DNA of 64,000 bases from Candidatus Methanomethylicia archaeon (GCA_038727515.1 JAVYVS010000001.1:448001-512000), one strand, 5' to 3'. Counted from the stretch's first letter, positions 30,891 through 41,537 are shown. The notes: a model not told the origin generated them from the sequence alone. A program made the numbers and translations.

Positions 30891-31485
30891 GATAATTCAA
30901 GACATATTCATAACCATACTTAAATGCCTTAATATTTACTTCAAATGCCCTTCCAGAAAAAGTCTTCTTCAAAATATCTTCAACATCACAAGCATTAATA
31001 TATTCAGATAAAATATTTGTTGCAAATAATCCACCTAGTAAAACGATATTTTCAGATATACTACTACCAGCTTCAATTGCAAGCTTTAATGCATCCATCA
31101 AAATATAATTTAATTTAAGCCTATTTAACTCAGAAATAATTTCACTTCTACTTGGAATCCTCTTAGCTCCAGGCGGCCTAATAATCCTATCATTCAATAT
31201 AAGTAATGTCTTTGGATTCGCATAATTTAAAGCTCTTAAAGATTCAATCAATTCTAAACCAATAATTGAATCAGCCATTCCAAAACATATCAATGGAGAA
31301 TCAACATCACCAATACGTACATGAACTACGACGCTTCCACCTCTTTGAGCCATTCCATGGGTTTCAGCAATTAAAGCTTTAACACCCTTAGAAATAGCAG
31401 TTAAACCTAGAATTCTACCCATCGTAAGTATACCTTGACCTCCAACACCAGTTAAAAGGATATTTTTAAACCTCATTTCAATCAA
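30880..31485 (-). CDS. iorB: Indolepyruvate:ferredoxin oxidoreductase beta subunit
   Basis: GVGGQG and ETHGMAQRGGSV motifs. Confidence 0.94.
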   Translation of the reverse strand: MIEMRFKNILLTGVGGQGILTMGRILGLTAISKGVKALIAETHGMAQRGGSVVVHVRIGDVDSPLICFGMADSIIGLELIESLRALNYANPKTLLILNDRIIRPPGAKRIPSRSEIISELNRLKLNYILMDALKLAIEAGSSISENIVLLGGLFATNILSEYINACDVEDILKKTFSGRAFEVNIKAFKYGYEYVLNYLGG

Positions 31486-33403
31486 TCCTCCAAAGATCTT
31501 CCCAATTCTTCGATGATTCTATACGTGGTTTAATAGCATTATACGGGCATATCTGCATACATACTGAACATCCAAAGCATAAAATTGATTCAATGTAGGC
31601 TTTCTTATCATCCATTGGAATTATTGCTGGGCATCCTATTTGATTATAACATAATCCACATGCTCTACAAAGATTATTATCAATAGTGTATGTGGGTATT
31701 GAAATACCTTTACGTATAGCATTTGAAGCAACCATTAATGTACATGCTCTGCGAGAATTAATTAAAGCAACAGTTTTATTATCCAAAACATATTTTATAG
31801 CTTTAATAAATTCTTCAATGGAATCTTTAACATTAAAGGGATCTATAGTCTTAACATAACGTACACCAATTCCAGAAGCTATATCTTCAATCTTCACTTC
31901 ATTAATCCTAATACCCATAGCGGTTCTACCAGTACCAGGATGAGGTTGATGCCCAGTCATAGCGGTAACTCTATTATCTAAAACAAGTACAAGCATTGGA
32001 GAATTATTATAAATGGCATTTATCAATGCTGGAATACATGCATGATAAAATGTTGAATCACCCATAATGGCAACAACAAATTGATTTGAGACATGAGATA
32101 TACCATTAGCAGAACCTATACCTCCACCCATCTCCAAAATAATATCTTGAACATTAAATGGTGGATGACCGCCAAGACTATAACATCCGATATCACCTGC
32201 AAAAACAACATCTCTAACACCAGCTTTTGCGAGAGCCCATTTCAACTCTAAAAATGTTGCTCTATGTGGGCAGCCAGAACATAGTATTGGAGGTCTATCG
32301 GGAAGTTCAACTTCAAATTTTAAATTACTATTAAAATTCAATTGATACGGTAAACCCATGAATTTAGCTAATCCATTAATAATTCTATCAATACTAAGTT
32401 CACCAATTAATGGAATTAGATCTTTACCATGAATAATGCAATTAACATCTTCATCAAAAGCCATAACTTTGATTGTATGCTCTAGAATTGGTTCAAGTTC
32501 TTCAACAACTAAAGCTTCATCACAAGAATTCAAAGCTTTTAAGATAAGTCTTCTAGGAGCTGGAACAACAGTTGAAATCTTTAAGAGATTAATTTTATCA
32601 TTTACCCCCAAAATTTTTAAACAATCTAAAACATAACCATAGCTAGTTCCAGAACACACTATTAACTTCTTAGAACCATTATCAATATAAAAGTTGAAGG
32701 GGGAATCCTCAATTTCATCACAAATCCTACGCCACTTCTCTAAGAGTTTAACCCTCAAAACCCTAGCATTTGATGGAAGAAGTGAAAAACGCTTAAAATC
32801 TTTAATAAATCTTCCAGAAGCCTTTATTTTAGGGACGTCGCCAAAAGTAACTGGACCTCTACAATGACTTATCCTAGTTGTAGACCTAAATATAACTGGA
32901 TGCTTAAATTTTTCACTAAAATCAAAGGAATACTTTATGAGTTCCTTAGCTTCCTGAGGGGAATATGGTTCAAATACAGGGATATATGCATGTAAACCAT
33001 AATATCTATTGTCTTGCTCATTTTGACTACTCCACATACTAGGATCTTCAGCACTAACAATTACAAAACCAGCTTCTACACCAGTATATGCACTACTCAT
33101 CAATGCATCTGCAGCAACATTTAAACCCACATGTTTCATGGCAGTTAAAGCCCTAACTCCACATATTGAAGCACCATAAGCAGCTTCAAAAGCAACCTTT
33201 TCATTAACACTCCACTCCACATAGAAACCATAATCATTAGCAACTTCAGCTAAAGATTCAATAATCTCTGTAGATGGAGTTCCAGGATAAGCACTAGCAA
33301 ATCCAATACCAGCTTCAATAGCACCTCTAGCAATAGCTTCATTACCCATCAATAAAACAACGCTTTTAGGAGGGTGAAGTAATACATGCAAATTTGACCC
33401 CAA
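31478..33403 (-). CDS. iorA: Indolepyruvate:ferredoxin oxidoreductase alpha subunit
   Basis: GNEAIARG, YPGTPSTE, MKHVGLNVAAD, CSGCPHR, GDSTF TPP-binding motif, C-terminal 2x[4Fe-4S]. Confidence 0.95.
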   Translation of the reverse strand: MGSNLHVLLHPPKSVVLLMGNEAIARGAIEAGIGFASAYPGTPSTEIIESLAEVANDYGFYVEWSVNEKVAFEAAYGASICGVRALTAMKHVGLNVAADALMSSAYTGVEAGFVIVSAEDPSMWSSQNEQDNRYYGLHAYIPVFEPYSPQEAKELIKYSFDFSEKFKHPVIFRSTTRISHCRGPVTFGDVPKIKASGRFIKDFKRFSLLPSNARVLRVKLLEKWRRICDEIEDSPFNFYIDNGSKKLIVCSGTSYGYVLDCLKILGVNDKINLLKISTVVPAPRRLILKALNSCDEALVVEELEPILEHTIKVMAFDEDVNCIIHGKDLIPLIGELSIDRIINGLAKFMGLPYQLNFNSNLKFEVELPDRPPILCSGCPHRATFLELKWALAKAGVRDVVFAGDIGCYSLGGHPPFNVQDIILEMGGGIGSANGISHVSNQFVVAIMGDSTFYHACIPALINAIYNNSPMLVLVLDNRVTAMTGHQPHPGTGRTAMGIRINEVKIEDIASGIGVRYVKTIDPFNVKDSIEEFIKAIKYVLDNKTVALINSRRACTLMVASNAIRKGISIPTYTIDNNLCRACGLCYNQIGCPAIIPMDDKKAYIESILCFGCSVCMQICPYNAIKPRIESSKNWEDLWRID

Positions 33404-33443
33404 ATTCGATTCATAATATATCGAAATAGGAATATAACATTAA

Positions 33444-34121
33444 CTAAACAACACTTAAAGTGGATTGAGAAACTTTGGGGATATTATTTAAGATATCTCT
33501 TGAAGAAATGTATAGGAAGATTGAAGCTAGAAAATCTAATGGTGGAATAAATATTCCAATTAAATAAATTATAGCAGAAACTAGAAATAGAGAACTACCG
33601 AATTCATCTCCAATCTTGAAAAGAGATGCTATAAGTCCAATCTTACCAATAAAAAATAATATAAGTCCAAGGAATACTGAAAGTAAACCAATTATAGGAA
33701 GGATTAAAATTAATAGTAAACCTACAATTATAATCGTAGCACCTGCAATATAACCTATTCTAACCATAGATGAATATGTGGAATAACTAGCATTAAATTC
33801 AGATAAATTCTTCATGGAATCCATTAAATATAGATATACAGCTGAAAGAAGGAGGATGCATCCTACTGTTATGATGAGGAATACAATTATAGAGAAAAGA
33901 CCATATGATTGTAAGGGTGTACCTATAAACCTCCTCATCAAAAATCTCATGTAAAACCAAATTAAACCAAATCCTAAAAGTAAATATGCAGAAATACTTA
34001 ACAAACAATAATTCTTAAGAGCATTAAAAGCTTTAATTAAATAATTCCGTTCAGAATCACTAAGCTTAGTCAAATCCCTAACCACAATACCCACCAAATC
34101 AGTTAATATGAGATAGATCAT
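33444..34121 (-). CDS. DUF973-like membrane protein
   Basis: Five to six TM helices; SSLF-x-VSAIIYLIG...LASIFLY pattern typical of crenarchaeal DUF973/DUF996 proteins. Confidence 0.6.
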   Translation of the reverse strand: MIYLILTDLVGIVVRDLTKLSDSERNYLIKAFNALKNYCLLSISAYLLLGFGLIWFYMRFLMRRFIGTPLQSYGLFSIIVFLIITVGCILLLSAVYLYLMDSMKNLSEFNASYSTYSSMVRIGYIAGATIIIVGLLLILILPIIGLLSVFLGLILFFIGKIGLIASLFKIGDEFGSSLFLVSAIIYLIGIFIPPLDFLASIFLYISSRDILNNIPKVSQSTLSVV

Positions 34122-35466
34122 CTATTAAAACTTTTTTAAGTTTAGCTAGAGCTTTTTCATGAGCAACCATAGGTTTAAATCCACTAGATTCTATTTCTCT
34201 AGCAAGATCAACATCAATAACTATCTTAAGCTTATCCATTAAACCCAAATCTGAAAAAGCATAATTAATTGCAGTTAAAGTTTCAGCATTAGGTCTAAAA
34301 TATGCATAAAAAAGCCTATAGTTTAATCCATGTTTAGATAAGTAATTTCTCACACGAATTCTAGTAACCTCAATATACTCCCTCTTAACATCTTCAGTTT
34401 CAAGCCATTCAGGCCAATCATAAGATTGAAAGGGATAATAACTTATGAATTCATATGGAATTACACCTGGACTACTAACAGCAATTAAATGTATTCTTGG
34501 AAAGAATTCAATTCTAGAAAGAACTTCAAGAATTGCTTTCCAAGTTTTAGATCTAGTATAGGGTTTCCTATAAGCACAAGGAAGAAATAAAGCTATATCC
34601 TTATGTTTAGGAGGTTTATAAAATCTAATTATATAATCTTGCCAAACTTCATAATATGGGTGAATTAAACATTCACGGCCAACCCCATAAATAAAAACTT
34701 GTTTATCCCTTGGAAACTTGGGAATGAAATTTAAATTGTTAAAATCAAGTTCAACTTTAGGATGATTAACCCATTCACCCACAAAATTATGGAATTGTTC
34801 TTCATCAAAAGGCTTCCACACACCTTTAATCCAATCTTCCCATAGATTTGAACCTACATGTGGATAAGCATTAATAACAACAACACTATCAGCAATATCA
34901 ACAGCCAACCTAATACTATCTTCAAAAATCTTCCTATGAAATTCAGGATTCAAATATAAATATGGATGACCATTAACTAAAATATAAAGTCTAACACCAA
35001 AACCAAAACCCCTTAGAATTTTCACAGCCCCAATTATATCCTCAACTACTAACCCCTTATTATAATAATTAAGGAGAACATCATCATTAGCCATCTCTAA
35101 ACCAATAGCCACAGTAACTTTAACTTTCTCACTAAAAAGTAATTTCAATCTATCTTCAATAATATATTCAGGTCTAGATTCAACTATAAGTTCATTAATA
35201 CCGAAATTTTCACATAAACGAATAAACCAAACAATAAATTCATCTGGAAACTGTTTAACATCAAGAAAACTACCAGAAGAAAAAACCTTTAATAAATCTA
35301 TTTTCCCCTCCCTACGTTTAGAACTAAGGAAGTTGAAAACCCTACCCTTCAATTCATCCAATGAACATTTAACACTATGCTTACCCCAACCACAAAAATA
35401 ACATTTACCCCAACTACAACTACCACTCTCAAGAATTAAATTCACAATACGCTTACCAACACCCAC
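34099..35466 (-). CDS. RaSEA-type radical SAM protein fused to an ArcS/DUF5591-type domain
   Basis: CSWGKCYFC, FSSGSFLD, ESRPEY and AIGLE...NKG (RaSEA/TIGR01210-like) followed by LPCAYRKPYTRSKT and YDW (ArcS-like). Confidence 0.8.
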   Translation of the reverse strand: MGVGKRIVNLILESGSCSWGKCYFCGWGKHSVKCSLDELKGRVFNFLSSKRREGKIDLLKVFSSGSFLDVKQFPDEFIVWFIRLCENFGINELIVESRPEYIIEDRLKLLFSEKVKVTVAIGLEMANDDVLLNYYNKGLVVEDIIGAVKILRGFGFGVRLYILVNGHPYLYLNPEFHRKIFEDSIRLAVDIADSVVVINAYPHVGSNLWEDWIKGVWKPFDEEQFHNFVGEWVNHPKVELDFNNLNFIPKFPRDKQVFIYGVGRECLIHPYYEVWQDYIIRFYKPPKHKDIALFLPCAYRKPYTRSKTWKAILEVLSRIEFFPRIHLIAVSSPGVIPYEFISYYPFQSYDWPEWLETEDVKREYIEVTRIRVRNYLSKHGLNYRLFYAYFRPNAETLTAINYAFSDLGLMDKLKIVIDVDLAREIESSGFKPMVAHEKALAKLKKVLIDDLSHIN

Positions 35467-35505
35467 AGTTTAAATGTGGATATAAGCATAAATTATATTT
35501 ATCGT

Positions 35506-36195
35506 TTAACTTTCCTTCACAATTTTAACTGCAGTACCATAAACTGAAAATGCCATAGCTGAACCTGCAAGTATATCGGTAGTTTCAAAATCCAAACCAA
35601 TAATAGCATTAGCACCAAGCTTTCTGGCTCTATCTATAAGTCTAAGAAGAGCTTCAATCCTAGCCTTCTCAAACTCATATACAAAAGCTGTAATTTCACC
35701 ACCAAAAAGTGATTCTATTGAAGCAGCAAGTTTACCTCCAAGACCTCTAGTTCTAATAGTTAAACCATAAACTGGCCCTATAATTTCAACAATCTTATAA
35801 CCTGGAATATATGGGGTTGTAACAAGAATCATATCGCTAAGCCTACCCCTATACATCTTCATAAGATCTTCAAGTTCAATTTCCTCAGGACTCTTAGAAG
35901 GTTTCGTTATTAAGTTTAAACCTTCATTAATTAATTTATCCCACCAAGAAAGATTTGATGCAGCAATTTTAACAGCTTCATCAAACGATTTACCAGAAGA
36001 AATTAATTCTTCAACTTCATCAACTTTAACACCATTATCATATGCAAGCCTAATAAAAGCTTCAACAATTGAAGCCTTCCTTTCACTTTGAATCTTACTT
36101 AAATGAAAACGCATTACACCACCAGGATTATGTGGATATTTCGAATCATAAATACTAACTAAAGAATTATACACTTTATCAAAACTTGACATCAA
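35506..36195 (-). CDS. YbjQ/UPF0145 family protein with N-terminal extension
   Basis: C-terminal TTPYIPGYKI...GGE...AR-x-x-A...LGANAIIG...YGTAV; about 120 aa extra N-terminal helical region. Confidence 0.88.
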   Translation of the reverse strand: MMSSFDKVYNSLVSIYDSKYPHNPGGVMRFHLSKIQSERKASIVEAFIRLAYDNGVKVDEVEELISSGKSFDEAVKIAASNLSWWDKLINEGLNLITKPSKSPEEIELEDLMKMYRGRLSDMILVTTPYIPGYKIVEIIGPVYGLTIRTRGLGGKLAASIESLFGGEITAFVYEFEKARIEALLRLIDRARKLGANAIIGLDFETTDILAGSAMAFSVYGTAVKIVKES

Positions 36196-36274
36196 AATAA
36201 TATATGTATAAGTAAAATAAAAAGTTTAGGAGTGTCGATTACTTTATATGTATAATGGAAAATAAAGAATCTAC

Positions 36275-37069
36275 GTGTACAATATTAGTAAGTTGATATT
36301 TTCAATAATATCGGTTACAATTGTGAGTTTGATATCATTAATTGGGGTTTTTGCATTATCATTGAAGGAAGGGAAATTGCATAAAATTCTCTTCATACTA
36401 TTGGGTTTTAGTGGTGGAGTTATATTGGGATCAGCATTATTAGATTTACTTCCAGAATCCATTGAGATAAGTAGATCATCTATTGAGGAATTGCAGACTT
36501 TTATATACATAACTTTTGGATTCATATTATTTTTCATTCTTGAAAGATTTATATATTGGTATCATGGTCATGGGCATCATGAAGAGATAGAAGAAGAATG
36601 TAAAAGAATACGTAAAATGGAGTTAAAAGAGTTAATAGCGTTAAATGTGATTGGTGATGCTATACATAATTTCCTTGATGGAATGATAATTTCAGCATCA
36701 TACTTAACGTCAATTGAACTTGGAATAACAACTACTATTGCAGTAATATTCCATGAATTACCACAAGAAATAGGGGATTTCGGAATATTAATTTATGGTG
36801 GATTGAATGTGACAAAGGCATTAATGTTAAATTTGCTTTCAGCATTAACATCCTTTATAGGAGTATTAGTAATTCAAATGGCATATTCAATCATTGAAAA
36901 TATTAGTTTAATGATAATACCAATGGCTTGTGGAGGATTCATATACTTAGCAGCATCAGAAATTATACCAGAATTACAAAAGGAGAGAAATTTTAGGAGG
37001 GCATTTATTCAATTAGTATTCTTTCAATTGGGAATAATTTTAATATGGCTTTTGAATAAATTAATTTAA
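36275..37069 (+). CDS. ZIP family zinc/iron importer
   Basis: HGHGHHEE loop, GDAIHNFLDG and HELPQEIGDF motifs. Confidence 0.93.
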   Translation: MYNISKLIFSIISVTIVSLISLIGVFALSLKEGKLHKILFILLGFSGGVILGSALLDLLPESIEISRSSIEELQTFIYITFGFILFFILERFIYWYHGHGHHEEIEEECKRIRKMELKELIALNVIGDAIHNFLDGMIISASYLTSIELGITTTIAVIFHELPQEIGDFGILIYGGLNVTKALMLNLLSALTSFIGVLVIQMAYSIIENISLMIIPMACGGFIYLAASEIIPELQKERNFRRAFIQLVFFQLGIILIWLLNKLI

Positions 37070-37124
37070 ATTACTACCTTTAATAGAAGCCACATTGTAG
37101 AAGGGGGAAATTTTAGGGTATATA

Positions 37125-39053
37125 TTAACTACACTTTAATTTAGTTAAACGTAGAGAGTTTAGCAGTATTAGTAGAGTTAAACCGTCATCACCTATAGCT
37201 ACAGCAAACCATAGTGGAATTAAACCTAAAAATCCAAGAAAACCGAGGAGCATTTTAACTCCAATGGATATGAAAATGTTTTGTTTAGCTATACTCATGG
37301 TTTTCCTACTTAATCTAATTAAATGTTGTATAAGACTTAATTTATTGTTGATTAAGATTACATCAGCAGATTCCAATGCTGCATCAACTCCACTACCCAT
37401 TGCAATACCAACATTTGAAGCAGCTAATGCAGGAGCATCATTAACACCATCACCAACCATAGCTACAAATCCATACCTACCTTTAGCATCTTCAATTATC
37501 TTCAATTTTTCATCTGGAGATAAATCTGCATAAACCTCATTTATTCCAATGGTATTAGCAATACCCATAGCTATATCAAATCTATCACCAGTAATAAGCA
37601 TAGGTTTAATTCCCAAATCAATTAAACTTTCAATTGTAGATTTAGCTTCCTCCCTTACATCATCGAAGAAACATATGGATGCATTAATAGATCTATTAAT
37701 TGATACGCATATAGACGTATGATTATCCCCTTCTAGTATTATTGTGGGATCCTCACAATTACAAGAATATTTCAACATCATATCTAAATTTCCAACAAAA
37801 ACTTCTAAACCATTAACATAACCAATAATCCCCTCACCAGGAAGCTCTTTAACACCTTCAACACGGAGATTTTCAAATGGTAAATTTCTCTTGGAAGCTT
37901 CTTCAACAATTGCTTTAGCAATTGGATGATTAGAAAAACGTTCTAAAGCAGCAGCATACATTAAAATTTCATCACTAGCATTATTAATGTGTTTAATATT
38001 ATGCACCCTTGGAAAACCAAAAGTTAATGTTCCAGTCTTATCGAATAATATAGCTTTAATCTTACTCAAATTCTCTATGTAAATTCCACCTTTAACGAGA
38101 ATTCCACATTTAGATGCAACAATTATTGCAATGAAAATTGTTGATGGAATAGAAATTATAAATGCACTTGGACAAGAAATAACAATTAATATTAGTGATT
38201 TATATATCCATGAATCCATAGATCCACCGAAAAATATTGGACCAATAACAACGATTAATATGGAAGATAAAATTATTATTGGAACATAAAATCTAGAGAA
38301 TTTATCAACTAATCTCTCTACATTAGCCTTTCTAGATCTAGCTTCTACAACTAGATTTACAATTCTTGAAATAAAGGATTCTTCAACCCTCTTATCAACC
38401 TTAATCTTAAGTACACCATCCATATTCATTGTACCAGCATAAACGTTATCACCAGACTTCATCAATACTGGATTTGACTCACCAGTAACTATTGATTGAT
38501 CCACCATAGATTGACCATCAATAATCACACCATCAAATGGAATTCTCTCTCCAGGTTTAACTAGAATTACATCACCAATAGATACAGAATTTAAATCAAC
38601 ATACTCTTCACCTTCACCAACTAAAACTCTAGCTTTATTTGGAAGTAATTTTGAAAAAGACTCTATATGTCTCCTAACTATATCCTCAATGAATAATTCA
38701 AGATACTCTGAAATAGAGAATAATAGGAGAACCATTGTAGCTTCAAAATGTAAATTTAAATATAAAGCTCCAAATGCAGCGATAGACATTAAAATTTCAA
38801 TGGAAATATTCCTTTCAAAAATTAATTCTCTAAAACCCAATAAACCAATTAAACCTCCAACAAAAATAATTACAAGAGTATACAAAAACTTTGAAAAATA
38901 AATTTCACCATCAAAAAAAGGTGGGAAGATTATTGGAAAATCTAAGTAAACAAAAACACTAAGAATACTAGAAACAATAATTGCAAAAGATAAGGTTACA
39001 ACTAATAAAAACCAAAATTTACCTCTATCATCATCCACAATTCTAAAATCCAT
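37125..39053 (-). CDS. Heavy-metal-translocating P1B-type ATPase
   Basis: TGES, SCPS, DKTGT, SNHP, TGD and GDGVNDAP motifs; no N-terminal HMA domain. Confidence 0.93.
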   Translation of the reverse strand: MDFRIVDDDRGKFWFLLVVTLSFAIIVSSILSVFVYLDFPIIFPPFFDGEIYFSKFLYTLVIIFVGGLIGLLGFRELIFERNISIEILMSIAAFGALYLNLHFEATMVLLLFSISEYLELFIEDIVRRHIESFSKLLPNKARVLVGEGEEYVDLNSVSIGDVILVKPGERIPFDGVIIDGQSMVDQSIVTGESNPVLMKSGDNVYAGTMNMDGVLKIKVDKRVEESFISRIVNLVVEARSRKANVERLVDKFSRFYVPIIILSSILIVVIGPIFFGGSMDSWIYKSLILIVISCPSAFIISIPSTIFIAIIVASKCGILVKGGIYIENLSKIKAILFDKTGTLTFGFPRVHNIKHINNASDEILMYAAALERFSNHPIAKAIVEEASKRNLPFENLRVEGVKELPGEGIIGYVNGLEVFVGNLDMMLKYSCNCEDPTIILEGDNHTSICVSINRSINASICFFDDVREEAKSTIESLIDLGIKPMLITGDRFDIAMGIANTIGINEVYADLSPDEKLKIIEDAKGRYGFVAMVGDGVNDAPALAASNVGIAMGSGVDAALESADVILINNKLSLIQHLIRLSRKTMSIAKQNIFISIGVKMLLGFLGFLGLIPLWFAVAIGDDGLTLLILLNSLRLTKLKCS

Positions 39054-39165
39054 TTAAACCTAAATCACATCAATATTAAACAAATATTAAACTTATGCTA
39101 AAAATTAAAGTAAAAATATTAATGTAATATTATTTCAATGTTAGAATGTTAATATAGGTGGAAAT

Positions 39166-39564
39166 ATGACTGTCGTAAGCATAACAATACCAGATGAATT
39201 ATTAAGTAGATTTGATGAATTTATTAAAACACGTGGATACTATAGTAGATCAGAAGCATTTAGAGATGCCATTAGAAGTTTACTTGCAGAAGCAGAAATA
39301 TCAAAATTAAAAGAAGGGAAAATTGCTGCAACCATAATGATAACATACGATTATAATAGTAGAGATATAGATTTAAGATTAAGTGAGATTAGACATGAAT
39401 TTGATGATGCAATAATCGAGAATATACATAGACATGTAGATCAGAAATACTGTTTAGAAATACTTATTGTTGAAGGAAGTAATGATAGAATAATGAGGTT
39501 AATTGGGAGAATAAGAGGTTTAAGAGGGATACAGCAAGTAAAAGCTATATACATGGAACTTTAA
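39166..39564 (+). CDS. nikR: NikR-family ribbon-helix-helix metal-responsive regulator
   Basis: VSITIP...SRSEAFRDAIR RHH domain; H...HxH...CLE metal site conserved; GGTGG RBS. Confidence 0.88.
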   Translation: MTVVSITIPDELLSRFDEFIKTRGYYSRSEAFRDAIRSLLAEAEISKLKEGKIAATIMITYDYNSRDIDLRLSEIRHEFDDAIIENIHRHVDQKYCLEILIVEGSNDRIMRLIGRIRGLRGIQQVKAIYMEL

Positions 39565-40457
39565 ACAACTCTAATAAGAGGCTTTAATAAATTCATTTTA
39601 GCATTAATCTTAACTTTATCACCAATCTCAAGTATATTTCCAGATTCAATGTAAATTGAAGTTAGAGAGGAAGAGAAAATAGCGGATTCAAGAGGATCAC
39701 CGCTTAAATCATACATGTATAGAAAAGCCGTTGTACAAATATCTCCAGCACCAGTTTCTTCAATAACTGAATTAACTATTGAGGGTATATGGTAAATGAG
39801 GTTATCATAAGCAAGATACATACCTTCACGCCCCATAGTTAACAATACTATCAAGCCATATTTATTGGAGAGATACTTAGCAGATTTAATTGAATCAAGG
39901 ATTCCAGTACCCACAAATGCTTCAAGGAAATCACAATGTAAAACATCAGTATACTCAAATAATTCATCAATAAAGATTGGTTTAACAAGTTTAATGAATC
40001 CTTGAGAATCAAAAAACCTCATAAATCCCTGTAAATCAATTGAGCATAATTTTGAATTTTCATAAACATATTTAACTATATCCATTGACACTTCATTGGC
40101 GACAGGTCCTACATGTACAATTATATTTTCATTAATTACATCAAGTACATCGTTAATATGAATATCACTACATCTACCCATAATTCTAATCACTCTATCC
40201 CCATCATATTTAAGTAGAAAGGATGTTGAAGGTATATCTTCAAATTTAACTCTAGACATATTTATTCCAAAGGATTCTAAGTTCTTTAAATATTCACGTG
40301 GGAAATCGAAGCCAACTTTAGATATTAAACCAACATTCCAACCTAAGATTTTAGCTACCATACTCGAGTAATATGCTGTACCACCCATGCATTTCTTAAA
40401 ACTCACACCTCTAACAATATTATCTAAAGTTAAATGTCCAATAACATAGAAATCCAA
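39561..40457 (-). CDS. PfkB family carbohydrate kinase
   Basis: IGHLTLD, GGTAYY, DLQG and ETGAGD motifs; start re-called at TTG 40457. Confidence 0.85.
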   Translation of the reverse strand: MDFYVIGHLTLDNIVRGVSFKKCMGGTAYYSSMVAKILGWNVGLISKVGFDFPREYLKNLESFGINMSRVKFEDIPSTSFLLKYDGDRVIRIMGRCSDIHINDVLDVINENIIVHVGPVANEVSMDIVKYVYENSKLCSIDLQGFMRFFDSQGFIKLVKPIFIDELFEYTDVLHCDFLEAFVGTGILDSIKSAKYLSNKYGLIVLLTMGREGMYLAYDNLIYHIPSIVNSVIEETGAGDICTTAFLYMYDLSGDPLESAIFSSSLTSIYIESGNILEIGDKVKINAKMNLLKPLIRVV

Positions 40458-40553
40458 TTTAAACACCAAATATAAATGTGAAAGATAAGTTAAAATAGTA
40501 ATTGCAATTAATTTTAGAAAGCAATTTAAACGATGCATGATATAGATTATTCT

Positions 40554-41537
40554 ATGAATGAATCCATAGAAGAACGTATAAATAAGATATCGAAATTAAT
40601 AGTAAACAAACTAATATCGGTAAATGAGAATGAAAATGTAATGATAATAATAGATGAAGATTCTGAATTAATAATGGTAAAAGCATTATTTAATGAAGTA
40701 ATAAATTCTAAAGCTACACCAATAATAGTAACAATCCCAAGTAATTGGAAATCACACACAACACTTCCAAAACCTGTACAAGCAAGTTTAGAATACGTAG
40801 ATGTAGTTATAGGTATGACTAAAAAGACTGCAGCACCATCATATGATCCAGAAGTAGCTAGATTATTAAAAGATAAAAAGATAAGGTATATGTCTATGGT
40901 TCTAAGACCATTAGACAATTACATAAATGGTGCTGCATTAGCAGATTATGAAGAAGTATATAGTGATGCAAAAAGACTTAGTGAACTTATGCGTGGCGAT
41001 AGAATAAAGGTTACAACTAAACTTGGAACAAATATAGAAGCAATCATTAAAGGCTCTAGGATAATAATTGAAGCTGGATTTGCTACAAAACCAGGGGAAT
41101 CAGCAGCATTTTCAGATGGAGAAGTATCATATACTCCAATTGAGGGAACAGCCAATGGAATTGTAATTGTAGATGGACCAATAGCATACATTGGAAAACC
41201 AAGTGAACCATTAAAATTAATCATTAGAAATGGGAGGGTAATTGATATTAATGGTGGAAGAGAAGCAATGGAATTAATAAATATGATTAAGAAAACTCCA
41301 AATCTAGATAATTTAGCTGAATTCGGCATTGGAGTTAATAAAGCAGCTAGATTAAATGGATATTGGCAGGAGGAAAAGAAGGCTTATGGAAATTTACACA
41401 TAGCCTTAGGAGACAATATATATTATGGTGGAAAAACTAAATGTGATATTCACATGGATTTAGTCATATATAAACCAACAGTTGAAGTTGATGGGAGAAT
41501 TATAGTTAAAGAAGGTAAATTAATATTTCATGAATAA
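40554..41537 (+). CDS. Thermophilic metalloprotease (M29)/leucyl aminopeptidase-like protein
   Basis: DGEV, GIVIVDG, AEFGIGVN, EEK-x-x-G-x-x-HIALGDN and HMD motifs; alternative start 40533. Confidence 0.88.
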   Translation: MNESIEERINKISKLIVNKLISVNENENVMIIIDEDSELIMVKALFNEVINSKATPIIVTIPSNWKSHTTLPKPVQASLEYVDVVIGMTKKTAAPSYDPEVARLLKDKKIRYMSMVLRPLDNYINGAALADYEEVYSDAKRLSELMRGDRIKVTTKLGTNIEAIIKGSRIIIEAGFATKPGESAAFSDGEVSYTPIEGTANGIVIVDGPIAYIGKPSEPLKLIIRNGRVIDINGGREAMELINMIKKTPNLDNLAEFGIGVNKAARLNGYWQEEKKAYGNLHIALGDNIYYGGKTKCDIHMDLVIYKPTVEVDGRIIVKEGKLIFHE

